The position numbers and the translations under genes were made by a program. Below are positions 37,594 to 46,732 of a DNA stretch of 64,000 nt, one piece after another. The DNA is from Berkelbacteria bacterium GW2011_GWE1_39_12. GTDB lineage: Bacteria > Patescibacteriota > UBA1384 > UBA12157. Under the pieces are notes generated by a model. The model was not told the origin of the DNA. It did not search any database and saw only the letters and a program-made list of their open reading frames with translations. How positions within the stretch are numbered: the stretch's first letter is position 1; each line of letters starts with the position of its first letter. The stretch is taken from contig CP011213.1 in the NCBI GenBank assembly GCA_001029735.1, positions 848,298 through 912,297 on the forward strand, read 5' to 3'.

Positions 37594-38811
37594 ATGGCAA
37601 TTTCACCATTTATGGCAGCAATCAATCAATTATGTGACGAAAAAAGTCTTTCAAAAGACACGATTTTAGAAACCATCGAAGCCGCGATCGCCGCCGCTTA
37701 CAGAAAAGATTATGGTGAACCTAGCCAAATTGTTAAGGCAAAAATGGACGAAGAAACTGGCGAGGCGAAGTTCTGGCAGGTTTTTGATGTCGTGGAAGAA
37801 GTCGAAGACCCAGAGTCTCAAAAGACATTAGATGAAGCCAAAAAAATTGATAAAAAAGCCAAGCTTGGTGAACAAGTTGAAATCGAATTGGAGACTCATT
37901 CTGAATTCGGACGTATTGCCGCTCAAACTGCTAAACAGGTTATTACTCAGCGTATTCGCGAAGCAGAACGAGATATGCTCTTTACCGAATTTAAAGATAA
38001 AGAAGCTCAATTAATCAACGGCACGATTCAACAAATTGAAAGTGGCAACGTTATTATCGATTTGGGAAAAATCAACGGTATTATGCCACCATCAGAACAA
38101 ATTTCAAATGAAAAATATTATTCTGGCCAAAGAATTAAAATTTTTGTTAAAGCAGTTGAAGAAACCAGTCGTGGTCCAAAAATTTTAGTTTCAAGATCAG
38201 ACGCAGGTTTGGTTGAAGGCCTTTTTGAAAATGAAGTCCCTGAAATAGCCGCCGGATCAGTTGAAATTAAGGGAATTGCCAGAGAAGCCGGCAGCCGTAG
38301 CAAGGTTTCAGTTTTTACTTCCCAAGAAGGACTGGATCCAGTAGGCTCATGTGTGGGTCAGCGCGGTACCCGTATCCAAGCAGTTTTAGCTGAACTACCA
38401 GAAGAAAAAATAGATATTATTCTATGGAATGCAGATGAAAAACAGTATATAATTAATGCTCTTTCACCAGCAAAGGTGGACAAAGTTAAGCTCAGTAAAG
38501 AAGAGCAACGTGCCATTGTTTATGTTCCAGATGATCAACTTTCATTAGCCATTGGAACTGGCGGACAAAATGTTCGACTCGCCAGCAAATTAACCGGTTG
38601 GAGCTTAGACATTGAAAAAACTGACGAAGCTACAGAAAAAGAAAAAACAGAAGCAGTAGACGAAGAACCAAAAGAAAAAATTGCAAAGCCAAAAAAAACC
38701 AAAAAGAATAAAAAAGAAAAAGATGCTGAATTGCCAGAAGACTCAGCTATTAATACAGAAACTCCTATGGCTGAGACCGGCGATTTAGACGAAATCGCCA
38801 CCAATGAATAA
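37594..38811 (+). CDS. nusA: Transcription termination factor NusA
   Basis: FGRIAAQTAKQVI.QRIREAER, EVPEI, AREAG.RSK, LSLAIG.GGQNVRLASKLTGW. Confidence 0.97.
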   Translation: MAISPFMAAINQLCDEKSLSKDTILETIEAAIAAAYRKDYGEPSQIVKAKMDEETGEAKFWQVFDVVEEVEDPESQKTLDEAKKIDKKAKLGEQVEIELETHSEFGRIAAQTAKQVITQRIREAERDMLFTEFKDKEAQLINGTIQQIESGNVIIDLGKINGIMPPSEQISNEKYYSGQRIKIFVKAVEETSRGPKILVSRSDAGLVEGLFENEVPEIAAGSVEIKGIAREAGSRSKVSVFTSQEGLDPVGSCVGQRGTRIQAVLAELPEEKIDIILWNADEKQYIINALSPAKVDKVKLSKEEQRAIVYVPDDQLSLAIGTGGQNVRLASKLTGWSLDIEKTDEATEKEKTEAVDEEPKEKIAKPKKTKKNKKEKDAELPEDSAINTETPMAETGDLDEIATNE

Positions 38812-38891
38812 TTTGTGGCCAGAAAGCACAAAAATTAATGAATAATTATGGCCCTAACGGGCGCGGAAATTATTCACTAATATAAAAACAT

Positions 38892-41423
38892 ATGAATAAT
38901 TATGACCCACAAGAAATATTTAAAAAATTTGCTCCGAACGCTCGCAAGATCCTAATTTCCAGTCAAAAAATTGCCCAAAGCATGGACAGTGCTTTGGGAA
39001 GCGAACATATTCTTCTCGCTTTAGCCGTTACGCCAAATACTTTGGCAAACGGTATTTTAAAGGAGCATATGATCAGCATGGACCAAATCCGGCTGGTTAT
39101 TTCTTTACATCGCTTTGCCGATAAAAACGGTACCGGAATCACCGACGAAGCAAAAGAAGTGTTCGAATTGGCGGCAAAAGAAGCACAAAATTTCGGCCAT
39201 AATAAAATCGATACGGAACACATTCTTTTAGCGATAACGGAAAAACCGGATTCGCTCGGGGCTGAGGTTATTAATAAAATTGGCATTAATCCAGAAGATA
39301 TCCGGACTCAAATTGAAAATTTTTTCGAAGATTTAAAAGACATGGAAGACGCCAACGAGATAATTTCCCAGCAACAACTGCCGCCAAACTTTAGTGGTGG
39401 TGATTTGCCGAACTATCCAGATTTACCACCAATGCAAGAAATGCCTATGCCTGGCAAACCAAAAGGTTTAGAATACTATACAACTGACTTAACTAAAGAA
39501 GCAGAAGAGAAAAAACTTGATCCGGTCATCGGCCGCGAAAAAGAAATTCAACGAGCAATTCAAATACTTACTCGACGCACCAAAAACAATCCAGTTTTAG
39601 TCGGAGAACCTGGTGTCGGTAAAACCGCAATTGTCGAAGGCTTGGCTCAAAAAATCGCCGAAAATGACATTCCTGAAAGTCTCAAAGGCAAAAGAGTTAT
39701 TATGCTCGATTTGGCTTTAATGATTGCCGGCACAATGTACCGCGGTCAATTTGAAGAAAGAGTCAAAAAAGTATTAGACGAACTTATCAAAAGAGGGGAT
39801 ACTCTCTTGTTTGTCGACGAAATTCATACCATTGTAGGCGCGGGCTCGGCCGAAGGTTCTTTGGATTTAGCCAATATTTTGAAACCATCTTTAGCCAAAG
39901 GTAAAATTCACTTGATTGGTGCCACCACACATGAAGAGTACCGCAAATTCATCGAAAAGGACCCGGCTTTGGAACGCAGATTGCAAAAAATCACAGTCAA
40001 TGAACCATCGCCTGAAGAAGCTGTTCAAATTTTAAAGGGAATTAAAAAAAACTATGAAGTTCATCACGGCGTAAAGATATCCGACGAAGCCATTGAAGTG
40101 GCTGTCGATCTTTCCAGAAGATACATCTTTGATCGATTTTTGCCCGATAAGGCAATTGATTTAATCGATGAAGCTTCTGCCGCCTGGCAGATTCGCTATG
40201 GCAGAAAAACGATTATTGATACTGATGCCTTACAAAAACAATTGGATCAAGTAAAAAAGCAAAAAGAGCAGGAAGTCCGAAATGAAAACTTTGAAAAAGC
40301 TGCAAATTTACGCAATCTTGAAACTCGTTTAAAAGATGAGATTGAAGTTAATAAAAAAATTAAGACCGAAACTGGTCCGGTTTCAATTGGTCGTGAAGAC
40401 ATTGCCAAGGTTTTAGCACTCTGGACCAATGTTCCTGTGGAGACTTTAAAAACTGAAGAAAAAGAAAAATATCTTAAATTAAAAGAAATTTTGAAAAAGT
40501 CGATTATTGGTCAAGATGAAGCCATTGAAGAAATATCTTTAGCAATCAAAAGATCAAAATCGGGTATGTCTGATCCGCATCGTCCAATCGGTTCCTTTAT
40601 TTTCTTAGGTCCAACTGGTGTAGGAAAAACGGAATTAGCCAGAGTTCTTTCAGAAGAACTTTTCGGCAGCCGCGAATCTATTATCAAAATTGATATGTCG
40701 GAATTTATGGAACGCCATAATGTATCCAGATTATTGGGGGCGCCTCCAGGATATGTCGGTTATGAAGAAGCGGGTAAACTAACCGAGCAAGTTCGTCAAA
40801 AACCATATTCAATTATTTTGTTTGATGAAATTGAAAAAGCCCATCCGGAAATTTTCAATATTTTATTGCAGATTTTGGAAGATGGGGAATTAACTGACGC
40901 CAAAGGCCGAAAGATTAATTTCCGCAACACTATTATTATTATGACTTCAAATATTGGCATGCATAAGCTAACCGAGCAAGCTGCCATTGGTTTTGCAACC
41001 AAAGAAAAAGACGAGAAGGCAGTGAAAGATAATTACGAACGAATGAAAGACGAAGTGGTCAAAGAATTAAAGCACGAGTTCAGACCAGAGCTTTTAAACC
41101 GCTTAGATAAGGTCATTGTTTTTCGTCCATTGGGCAAAGAAGAAATTGAGAAGATCGCCAAGTTACAGCTTGAACGATTAGCGAAAAGATTAAGAGAAGA
41201 AAAAACAGAAATAACTTTTGATAACAAAGTGGTAAGTCTTATTGCCGAAAAAGGCTATGATCCGCACTTTGGTGCCCGTCCAATTCGTCGCGCTATTTCG
41301 GAATTAATTGAAAATCCTTTAAGCGACTATATTTTATCGGATAAATTTGACCAAAGCGAACCGATAAAAATCACTGTCACTAAAGGTGAGATTAGTTTTA
41401 AAAAAGCGGCTAAATTAGTTTAG
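38892..41423 (+). CDS. clpC: ATP-dependent Clp protease ATPase subunit ClpC
   Basis: Clp-N repeats, GEPGVGKT, UVR-like middle domain, GPTGVGKTE, GARP.RR. Confidence 0.93.
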   Translation: MNNYDPQEIFKKFAPNARKILISSQKIAQSMDSALGSEHILLALAVTPNTLANGILKEHMISMDQIRLVISLHRFADKNGTGITDEAKEVFELAAKEAQNFGHNKIDTEHILLAITEKPDSLGAEVINKIGINPEDIRTQIENFFEDLKDMEDANEIISQQQLPPNFSGGDLPNYPDLPPMQEMPMPGKPKGLEYYTTDLTKEAEEKKLDPVIGREKEIQRAIQILTRRTKNNPVLVGEPGVGKTAIVEGLAQKIAENDIPESLKGKRVIMLDLALMIAGTMYRGQFEERVKKVLDELIKRGDTLLFVDEIHTIVGAGSAEGSLDLANILKPSLAKGKIHLIGATTHEEYRKFIEKDPALERRLQKITVNEPSPEEAVQILKGIKKNYEVHHGVKISDEAIEVAVDLSRRYIFDRFLPDKAIDLIDEASAAWQIRYGRKTIIDTDALQKQLDQVKKQKEQEVRNENFEKAANLRNLETRLKDEIEVNKKIKTETGPVSIGREDIAKVLALWTNVPVETLKTEEKEKYLKLKEILKKSIIGQDEAIEEISLAIKRSKSGMSDPHRPIGSFIFLGPTGVGKTELARVLSEELFGSRESIIKIDMSEFMERHNVSRLLGAPPGYVGYEEAGKLTEQVRQKPYSIILFDEIEKAHPEIFNILLQILEDGELTDAKGRKINFRNTIIIMTSNIGMHKLTEQAAIGFATKEKDEKAVKDNYERMKDEVVKELKHEFRPELLNRLDKVIVFRPLGKEEIEKIAKLQLERLAKRLREEKTEITFDNKVVSLIAEKGYDPHFGARPIRRAISELIENPLSDYILSDKFDQSEPIKITVTKGEISFKKAAKLV

Positions 41424-42394
41424 CCGCTAAAGAGATCGGATGTGAAAACAATCTCACCTTCCCAATGAGGGACCAATAGGTCAAACCCAATATGACCTCG
41501 TCTTCTTCTGTCTTCGTCATATTTGATTCGGCCCTTGCAGTAAGGACGCATGCCGCAATTTTGAGCACAATAAAATGCTCTCTTTTGCAAGTTATGCTTA
41601 GGCGCTTTCGCGCAAATATCAGCACTTAACCACCACCCGCCTTGGGAAAAATCCACCCAGGATATGTTGTGGTCCAAACAAACTTGGCAATAATCAGTAC
41701 TGAGCAATAGTGCGATTGCATCTTTATATTCAGTGTCCGACGACGTGATAACGCCCAATTCAAATGCCTTTCTTAGGGCATGAACATCTACTGGCACAGC
41801 CGGAATCTTACTGGCTGTTTCCCAATCTGCCTTATGAGTTCGCCAACTTACTGCCTGAAACCAAATGATAATGAGTTGCGCAATCTTATGTGCTATTCCG
41901 TCAAAATCACACAACCTCTCCATCAGCTCAAGCCTTTGCTCCATCGGGTCGCCTGGTTTTAGATTATAGAAGATTTTTCGAGGATCCCCATCGTAATCCG
42001 TATGCAACCTAATCAGATTGTTTTTCCAGTTCTTGATATATTCTGGATGCGTCTCGCCGAATGGGACTATTGGCGTCATGTCTTCTATAAATCGTTTAAG
42101 ACTCGTATGCGGGTTTAGAAGATGGCGCCGATTTTGCATTATATCTGCCACCTTCGAAATAACTTCGGTTGCTTTTTTACCACTTCGACTTAATTGTCCC
42201 ATACAAAAAAGCTGAAGAGCATGCTCTCGGCTACCATATTTTATGTTTGGCGATGAAAACCTTTCTTCTGGCGGTTTCTGATAATACGGCGAACACTTAT
42301 ACAATTGCCATAACTCAGCAATCCGAATCACTACCTCAACCATCCTGTCCTCATCAACTGTGAATCGTCTCTTGGGATTCTTCCACCCCGGCAT
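41420..42394 (-). CDS. HhH-GPD (endonuclease III-like) DNA glycosylase superfamily protein
   Basis: FDGIAHKIA helix-hairpin-helix, PVDVH, C-terminal Cys cluster. Confidence 0.7.
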   Translation of the reverse strand: MPGWKNPKRRFTVDEDRMVEVVIRIAELWQLYKCSPYYQKPPEERFSSPNIKYGSREHALQLFCMGQLSRSGKKATEVISKVADIMQNRRHLLNPHTSLKRFIEDMTPIVPFGETHPEYIKNWKNNLIRLHTDYDGDPRKIFYNLKPGDPMEQRLELMERLCDFDGIAHKIAQLIIIWFQAVSWRTHKADWETASKIPAVPVDVHALRKAFELGVITSSDTEYKDAIALLLSTDYCQVCLDHNISWVDFSQGGWWLSADICAKAPKHNLQKRAFYCAQNCGMRPYCKGRIKYDEDRRRRGHIGFDLLVPHWEGEIVFTSDLFSG

Positions 42395-42621
42395 CTGTCT
42401 CCACCTCCGTCATAAACAGACTATCGCTAATCTGCTCGGCAATTCGCTTTTCATGATGCTTACTGCTTTAGGCAGACTCGATCTTATATCAAGGTACTCA
42501 TCTGTATCACCTCCTGTAGCTTTTTCATTATTACAAAAGAATTAGAAAAACTACAATTTTGTCAACCTAAACATGAGTGAATATTTTTTGATATACTAAA
42601 ATAAATAAATGTGGAGGGTAA

Positions 42622-43575
42622 ATGCATAATAAAGTCTTAGGTGTGTTTTTGATATTTGTAACCATACCATTAGTCATGCTCTCAATAATTAGTCTTGGCA
42701 CTGGTAAACTTTCTACAGCAACATATTATAAAAACCTTTTTAAAAAAGCTGATGCTTACAAGCTCGCAATTCAAGCGCTACCTAAATCCGAAACAACTAA
42801 AAATGATGACATTATTGCTCAAATTTCAAACGATATGACGCCCGTCTGGCTTGAGCAAACCATAACAAAAAATTTAGATCAATTTGATGCTTATTTTAAT
42901 GGGCGAACTACAGCCATTGATCCGAGTATTGATATTACAGCCTTCAAAGGTGATCTAACTGCCACACTGCCAGCCGAATTTAAATCGGTTGTGCCAGATG
43001 TTATTAGTTTCACTACTTACAACGACTACTTAAACCAAACGGAAAAATTAGTGTCAGAAAACTCCGGACTAATTCAAACAGAGGACCAGAGTAATTCAGA
43101 GCAGATTCAGCAACAGCTTGAATCAACTCGAAAAACCCAGCAACAATTTTTCACCAGTTTATCATCAGCCAAGCAAGGTTATCATTTTGTCATCATTTTA
43201 AAATATGTTTTATATGTACTGACAATACTGATGCTTTTAACCATAGTACTAGCTGCCAGACATTGGTATCCGGCCATCTTGCGTTGGGCTGGCCAAACTC
43301 TTTTGATTAGCGGCGTTGCAACCCTTGGATTCTTTTTTGCCATACAAAAAATTGCTTTAGGATTCAATCTAATTGATAAAACTAGCCTCAGTGATAGTTT
43401 AAAACAAATTCTTAAACCGCTCTATAATAATATCTTTCAAGATATCACCTTTGGCGTAGAAAAAATCGCCCTGATTGTTGCCCTCATTGGCTTACTTTTC
43501 ATTATTGCATCATACATTTTGCCATTTTTTTCGCCGGAAGCGAAAAAAGTAACACCCGTATCTGCAAATAGTTGA
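42622..43575 (+). CDS. Hypothetical membrane protein
   Basis: N-terminal TM, soluble helical region, three C-terminal TMs; GGAGG SD. Confidence 0.8.
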   Translation: MHNKVLGVFLIFVTIPLVMLSIISLGTGKLSTATYYKNLFKKADAYKLAIQALPKSETTKNDDIIAQISNDMTPVWLEQTITKNLDQFDAYFNGRTTAIDPSIDITAFKGDLTATLPAEFKSVVPDVISFTTYNDYLNQTEKLVSENSGLIQTEDQSNSEQIQQQLESTRKTQQQFFTSLSSAKQGYHFVIILKYVLYVLTILMLLTIVLAARHWYPAILRWAGQTLLISGVATLGFFFAIQKIALGFNLIDKTSLSDSLKQILKPLYNNIFQDITFGVEKIALIVALIGLLFIIASYILPFFSPEAKKVTPVSANS

Positions 43576-43596
43576 CACTTATGATATACTCTGAAT

Positions 43597-45081
43597 ATGG
43601 GCTATGACGAATTAGCAAATAAAATTGCGTATCTGTCTAAACCCGATCAACAGCTGGTTCGGCACGCTTTTTTGTTTGCGCAAAAATGCCATGAGGGACA
43701 AGTCAGAAATACTGGTGAACCTTATGTCCAACATGCAATTGCTGCCGCCGGCACCATTGCCGATTTACATTTAGATGCCAAAACTGTGGCTGCTGCACTC
43801 CTTCATGATACATGTGAAGACACTGATTTAACTTTAAATGACCTTAGAAAAGAATTTGGTCGTGAAATTGCCAATTTGGTAGACGGAGTAACAAAGCTAA
43901 GTAAAATCCGAATTACTACCAAGTGGCTGTTCGTTAAAGAAAAAGAACAATTGGCTGAATACGACCGACAAATTGAAACCTTGCGCAAAATGTTTGTGGC
44001 TATGAGCAGTGATATCCGTGTTGTTATTTTAAAACTTGCCGATCGCTTACATAACATGCAAACGCTCGATGGAGTTCCCAAGGAAAAACGCTATCGCATT
44101 GCTAAAGAAACTTTAGCAATTTATGCACCTTTGGCTTATCGATTAGGTATGGGAGAAGTAAAAGGAAAGTTGGAAGACTTGGCTTTTCCGTATGTTTATC
44201 CGGAAGAATACGCCGCGCTAAAGAAAAAAGCGGCAGGCAGATTAGTAGAAAAAGAAAGATATATTCTGCAATTTAAAAAGAAAATATTGGCAAAACTTTA
44301 CAAAGACGGGATTAAGGGCCAAATTCATGGCCGCACCAAGCATATGTATTCCTTGTGGCGTAAACTTCAGCGATATGACAACGATCTTTCTCATATCTAC
44401 GATCTAGTTGCGCTTCGAATTATTGTGAATTCTGTGGAAGAATGCTACAAAGCTCTCGGCATCATTCATAATAACTGGAAGCCGTTGGTTGGTCGTATTA
44501 AAGATTATATTGCCATGCCAAAACCGAATGGTTATCGCTCAATCCACACCACGGTTTTCGGACCAGGCGGCGAAATTGTAGAAATTCAGATCAGATCTAA
44601 AGAAATGCACGAACAAGCCGAATTTGGTATTGCCGCTCATTGGCATTATTCCGAAAAAAAAGGTGGCATAGACTACTTACTGCGTAAAGTTTCGCGTGCT
44701 CCAAAAAAAGAATTAGTGTGGGTCAATGAACTGGCCAAATGGCAGAAGGCAGTCGGCGACAACAAAGAGATGGAATCTGATTTAGGCATGGACTTTTTCT
44801 CTGACCGCATCTTTGTTTATACTCCAACTGGCGATGTAAAAGATCTGCCAATCGGTGCGACGCCAATTGATTTTGCCTACGCAGTTCATACCGATTTAGG
44901 CAACCATGTCGGCGGCGCTAAAGTTAATGGAAAAATGGTTGATTTAGCCCATGAACTCAAAAGAGGCGATATTGTCGATATTATAAAAAAGAAAAACGCC
45001 TCGCCAAAAAGAGATTGGTTGGAATTTGCCAAGACTTCACTCGCTCGAGGCAAAATCAAGTCTCAGATTAAAGGAAAATAG
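43597..45081 (+). CDS. relA: RelA/SpoT homologue (HD + synthetase + TGS; no ZFD/ACT)
   Basis: H.GQ.R..GEPY..H, LLHD, KLADRLHNM, GR.K..YS, PKPNGY.S.H, EIQIR, TGS TP.DFAY.VH. Confidence 0.9.
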   Translation: MGYDELANKIAYLSKPDQQLVRHAFLFAQKCHEGQVRNTGEPYVQHAIAAAGTIADLHLDAKTVAAALLHDTCEDTDLTLNDLRKEFGREIANLVDGVTKLSKIRITTKWLFVKEKEQLAEYDRQIETLRKMFVAMSSDIRVVILKLADRLHNMQTLDGVPKEKRYRIAKETLAIYAPLAYRLGMGEVKGKLEDLAFPYVYPEEYAALKKKAAGRLVEKERYILQFKKKILAKLYKDGIKGQIHGRTKHMYSLWRKLQRYDNDLSHIYDLVALRIIVNSVEECYKALGIIHNNWKPLVGRIKDYIAMPKPNGYRSIHTTVFGPGGEIVEIQIRSKEMHEQAEFGIAAHWHYSEKKGGIDYLLRKVSRAPKKELVWVNELAKWQKAVGDNKEMESDLGMDFFSDRIFVYTPTGDVKDLPIGATPIDFAYAVHTDLGNHVGGAKVNGKMVDLAHELKRGDIVDIIKKKNASPKRDWLEFAKTSLARGKIKSQIKGK

Positions 45082-45091
45082 TTCTATAAAA

Positions 45092-45131
45092 AGCAAAGAG
45101 CCCCGCGGTTTAAAACCAAGGGGCTCGATGT
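45092..45131 (-). terminator. Hairpin family member 1 (3' of orphan 45148-45546)
   Basis: AGCAAAGAGCCCCGCGGT-TTAAA-ACCAAGGGGCTCGATGT. Confidence 0.7.
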
Positions 45132-45147
45132 GTTTGCCATGAAATTC

Positions 45148-45546
45148 TTATTGCAGAGAACGAAATGCTTTCTCTGCAAGCTCTAGACTTATTTGTGCGG
45201 CGTGATAGCGCAGAAATGTACCTTTGTCACGCAGGTACTCATCCTGCCACTTCGCACTATTGACAAGGTCGTTTTTCACCTGATCGGCCATTTTGGACTT
45301 TTCAGTTGAGTCTTCCGCCATGATGGCGTTAAGGCTCAAGCCTTTCCGAGAAACTCGATCGGTAGTTGTCGCTTCGACATTATATACTCGGAATGATTCG
45401 GCTCGGTAACTTTCCGAGAGCTTAATCATTGCCTCGCTCTCTGCTTGAAACTGCCCGATGACCTGGTGCTGTTTGAAGATTGTCGTACCAATCACCAGCA
45501 CGACCATCAACAGCCACAATTTCCACAGACTTAACAGCTCTGCCAT
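45148..45546 (-). CDS. Orphan protein with N-terminal TM
   Basis: AGGAGG SD within the repeated leader; hydrophobic N-terminus. Confidence 0.75.
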   Translation of the reverse strand: MAELLSLWKLWLLMVVLVIGTTIFKQHQVIGQFQAESEAMIKLSESYRAESFRVYNVEATTTDRVSRKGLSLNAIMAEDSTEKSKMADQVKNDLVNSAKWQDEYLRDKGTFLRYHAAQISLELAEKAFRSLQ

Positions 45547-45642
45547 TTTGCTTTCCTCCTGGAAAGATATACTTGATCAGGTATGGCTACCTCATCAAGC
45601 GCAGGGCATTCTGCCCAGTATACCCCTTACAGGGGAAATTGG
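45541..45642 (-). promoter_or_regulatory. Structured 5' leader, copy 1 of a 102-nt direct repeat
   Basis: 98/102 identical to 46027-46128; three hairpins, then AGGAGG SD and ATGGCA. Confidence 0.85.
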
Positions 45643-45732
45643 TGATTAGATTTTCTAATCCTCAATGTTTCCATGTAAGGAACTTTGGAGCCGAGGTATG
45701 AACCCCAGCTCCGCTGTAACAAAACCAATCTA

Positions 45733-46032
45733 TCAGCTCTTTGACAGATCGGTAACTGCGCATTTGAACCTATAATTTACTTCGTTTGCACTCTTGTAGA
45801 CTATTTCTACCCTGAGCCTACAAACTCTACTGTCTGACCGTCGGAAGAGAATAACCCCTTCCATTTTATGATCAGACTTCTTCTCTCGACTGTCGTCGGC
45901 TTGAACCTCTATCCTCTCCAGCGACCAGAAGTGAAGAAAATCTAAATCTCCCACTTCCTTCGCGAGATACCCATATGCTGCTGATACCAGATGTCCAGCC
46001 GCGCTGCCTATAACGATTGATCTTCTTGCCAT
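45733..46032 (-). CDS. Orphan protein
   Basis: AGGAGG SD within the repeated leader; 99 aa. Confidence 0.75.
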   Translation of the reverse strand: MARRSIVIGSAAGHLVSAAYGYLAKEVGDLDFLHFWSLERIEVQADDSREKKSDHKMEGVILFRRSDSRVCRLRVEIVYKSANEVNYRFKCAVTDLSKS

Positions 46033-46128
46033 TTTGCTTTCCTCCTGGAAAGATATGCTTAATCAGGTATGGCTACCTAATCAAGCGCAGGGCATTCTGC
46101 CCAGTATACCCCTTACAGGGGAAGTTGG
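46027..46128 (-). promoter_or_regulatory. Structured 5' leader, copy 2 of a 102-nt direct repeat
   Basis: See copy 1; sigma70-like promoter TTGACT...TGcTATTAT upstream at about 46218-46245. Confidence 0.85.
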
Positions 46129-46275
46129 CTACCTAAATTATAGATAGACAATTTCTCCTCAAGGAGCAAATAATAAACCTGTAAAATTATTAATGATCAT
46201 TCTTGTAAACCCATCTATAATAGCACGAAATGATTGAAAAGTCAAGTCATTAACAGGTAAACTCATAAAATTATT

Positions 46276-46320
46276 AGCAAAAACCCGCGGCTTTTGACCA
46301 AATGGTCGCCGCGGGTTTTT
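46276..46320 (-). terminator. Hairpin family member 2 (3' of orphan 46329-46586)
   Basis: AGCAAAAACCCGCGGC...GCCGCGGGTTTTT. Confidence 0.7.
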
Positions 46321-46328
46321 AGTTCGAA

Positions 46329-46586
46329 TCACACCGAATGTTCATAAAGCCAGAGTGTTAGAGCAGCCCACGTGGCTCCGCCAACATAGGCAGGAACGTC
46401 ATTGTCAACCGCTTCCTTAATCAGCCCCACCAGCTCGTTAGCATTCGGATCTTGCTCCCGAAGACCGCTTACTATATCGGTCAGTTCAGATGGAGTTTCG
46501 GATCCATTATTTCGAGCAGCAATTGTCTTGTTTACCAGGCCTCTGAACCTTTCAACGACTATCGGATTAACATCTCGATGAAGCAT
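46329..46586 (-). CDS. Orphan helical protein
   Basis: AAGGAG SD, own promoter (TTGACT...TGgTATAGT at about 46631-46659) and terminator. Confidence 0.7.
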   Translation of the reverse strand: MLHRDVNPIVVERFRGLVNKTIAARNNGSETPSELTDIVSGLREQDPNANELVGLIKEAVDNDVPAYVGGATWAALTLWLYEHSV

Positions 46587-46732
46587 ATCTGGTCTCCTTT
46601 TCAGTCTCTGATTTTCATTCTAAACTAACCACTATACCATAAAAACTACAAAAAGTCAATCCCTTGATTAAACCTGTGTTTAGGTTTAAAATGGGGTTAG
46701 ATTAAGTAATCTCTCGAAGTAAAGGAATTTAA

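Noticed and set aside
45541-45642. Match to c-di-GMP, SAM, fluoride or other known riboswitches
   Set aside because: Consensus nucleotides not recognisable by eye; needs cmscan
45627-46151. Equal-length uORFs (TTG...CAA-x-CCC-CTG-TAA) entering both leader copies
   Set aside because: Peptides differ except in the shared DNA and SD support is poor; probably a by-product of conserved hairpin length
45092-46320. Integron cassette array
   Set aside because: No RYYYAAC...GTTRRRY attC structure found after the ORFs and no tyrosine integrase in the window; kept only as an analogy
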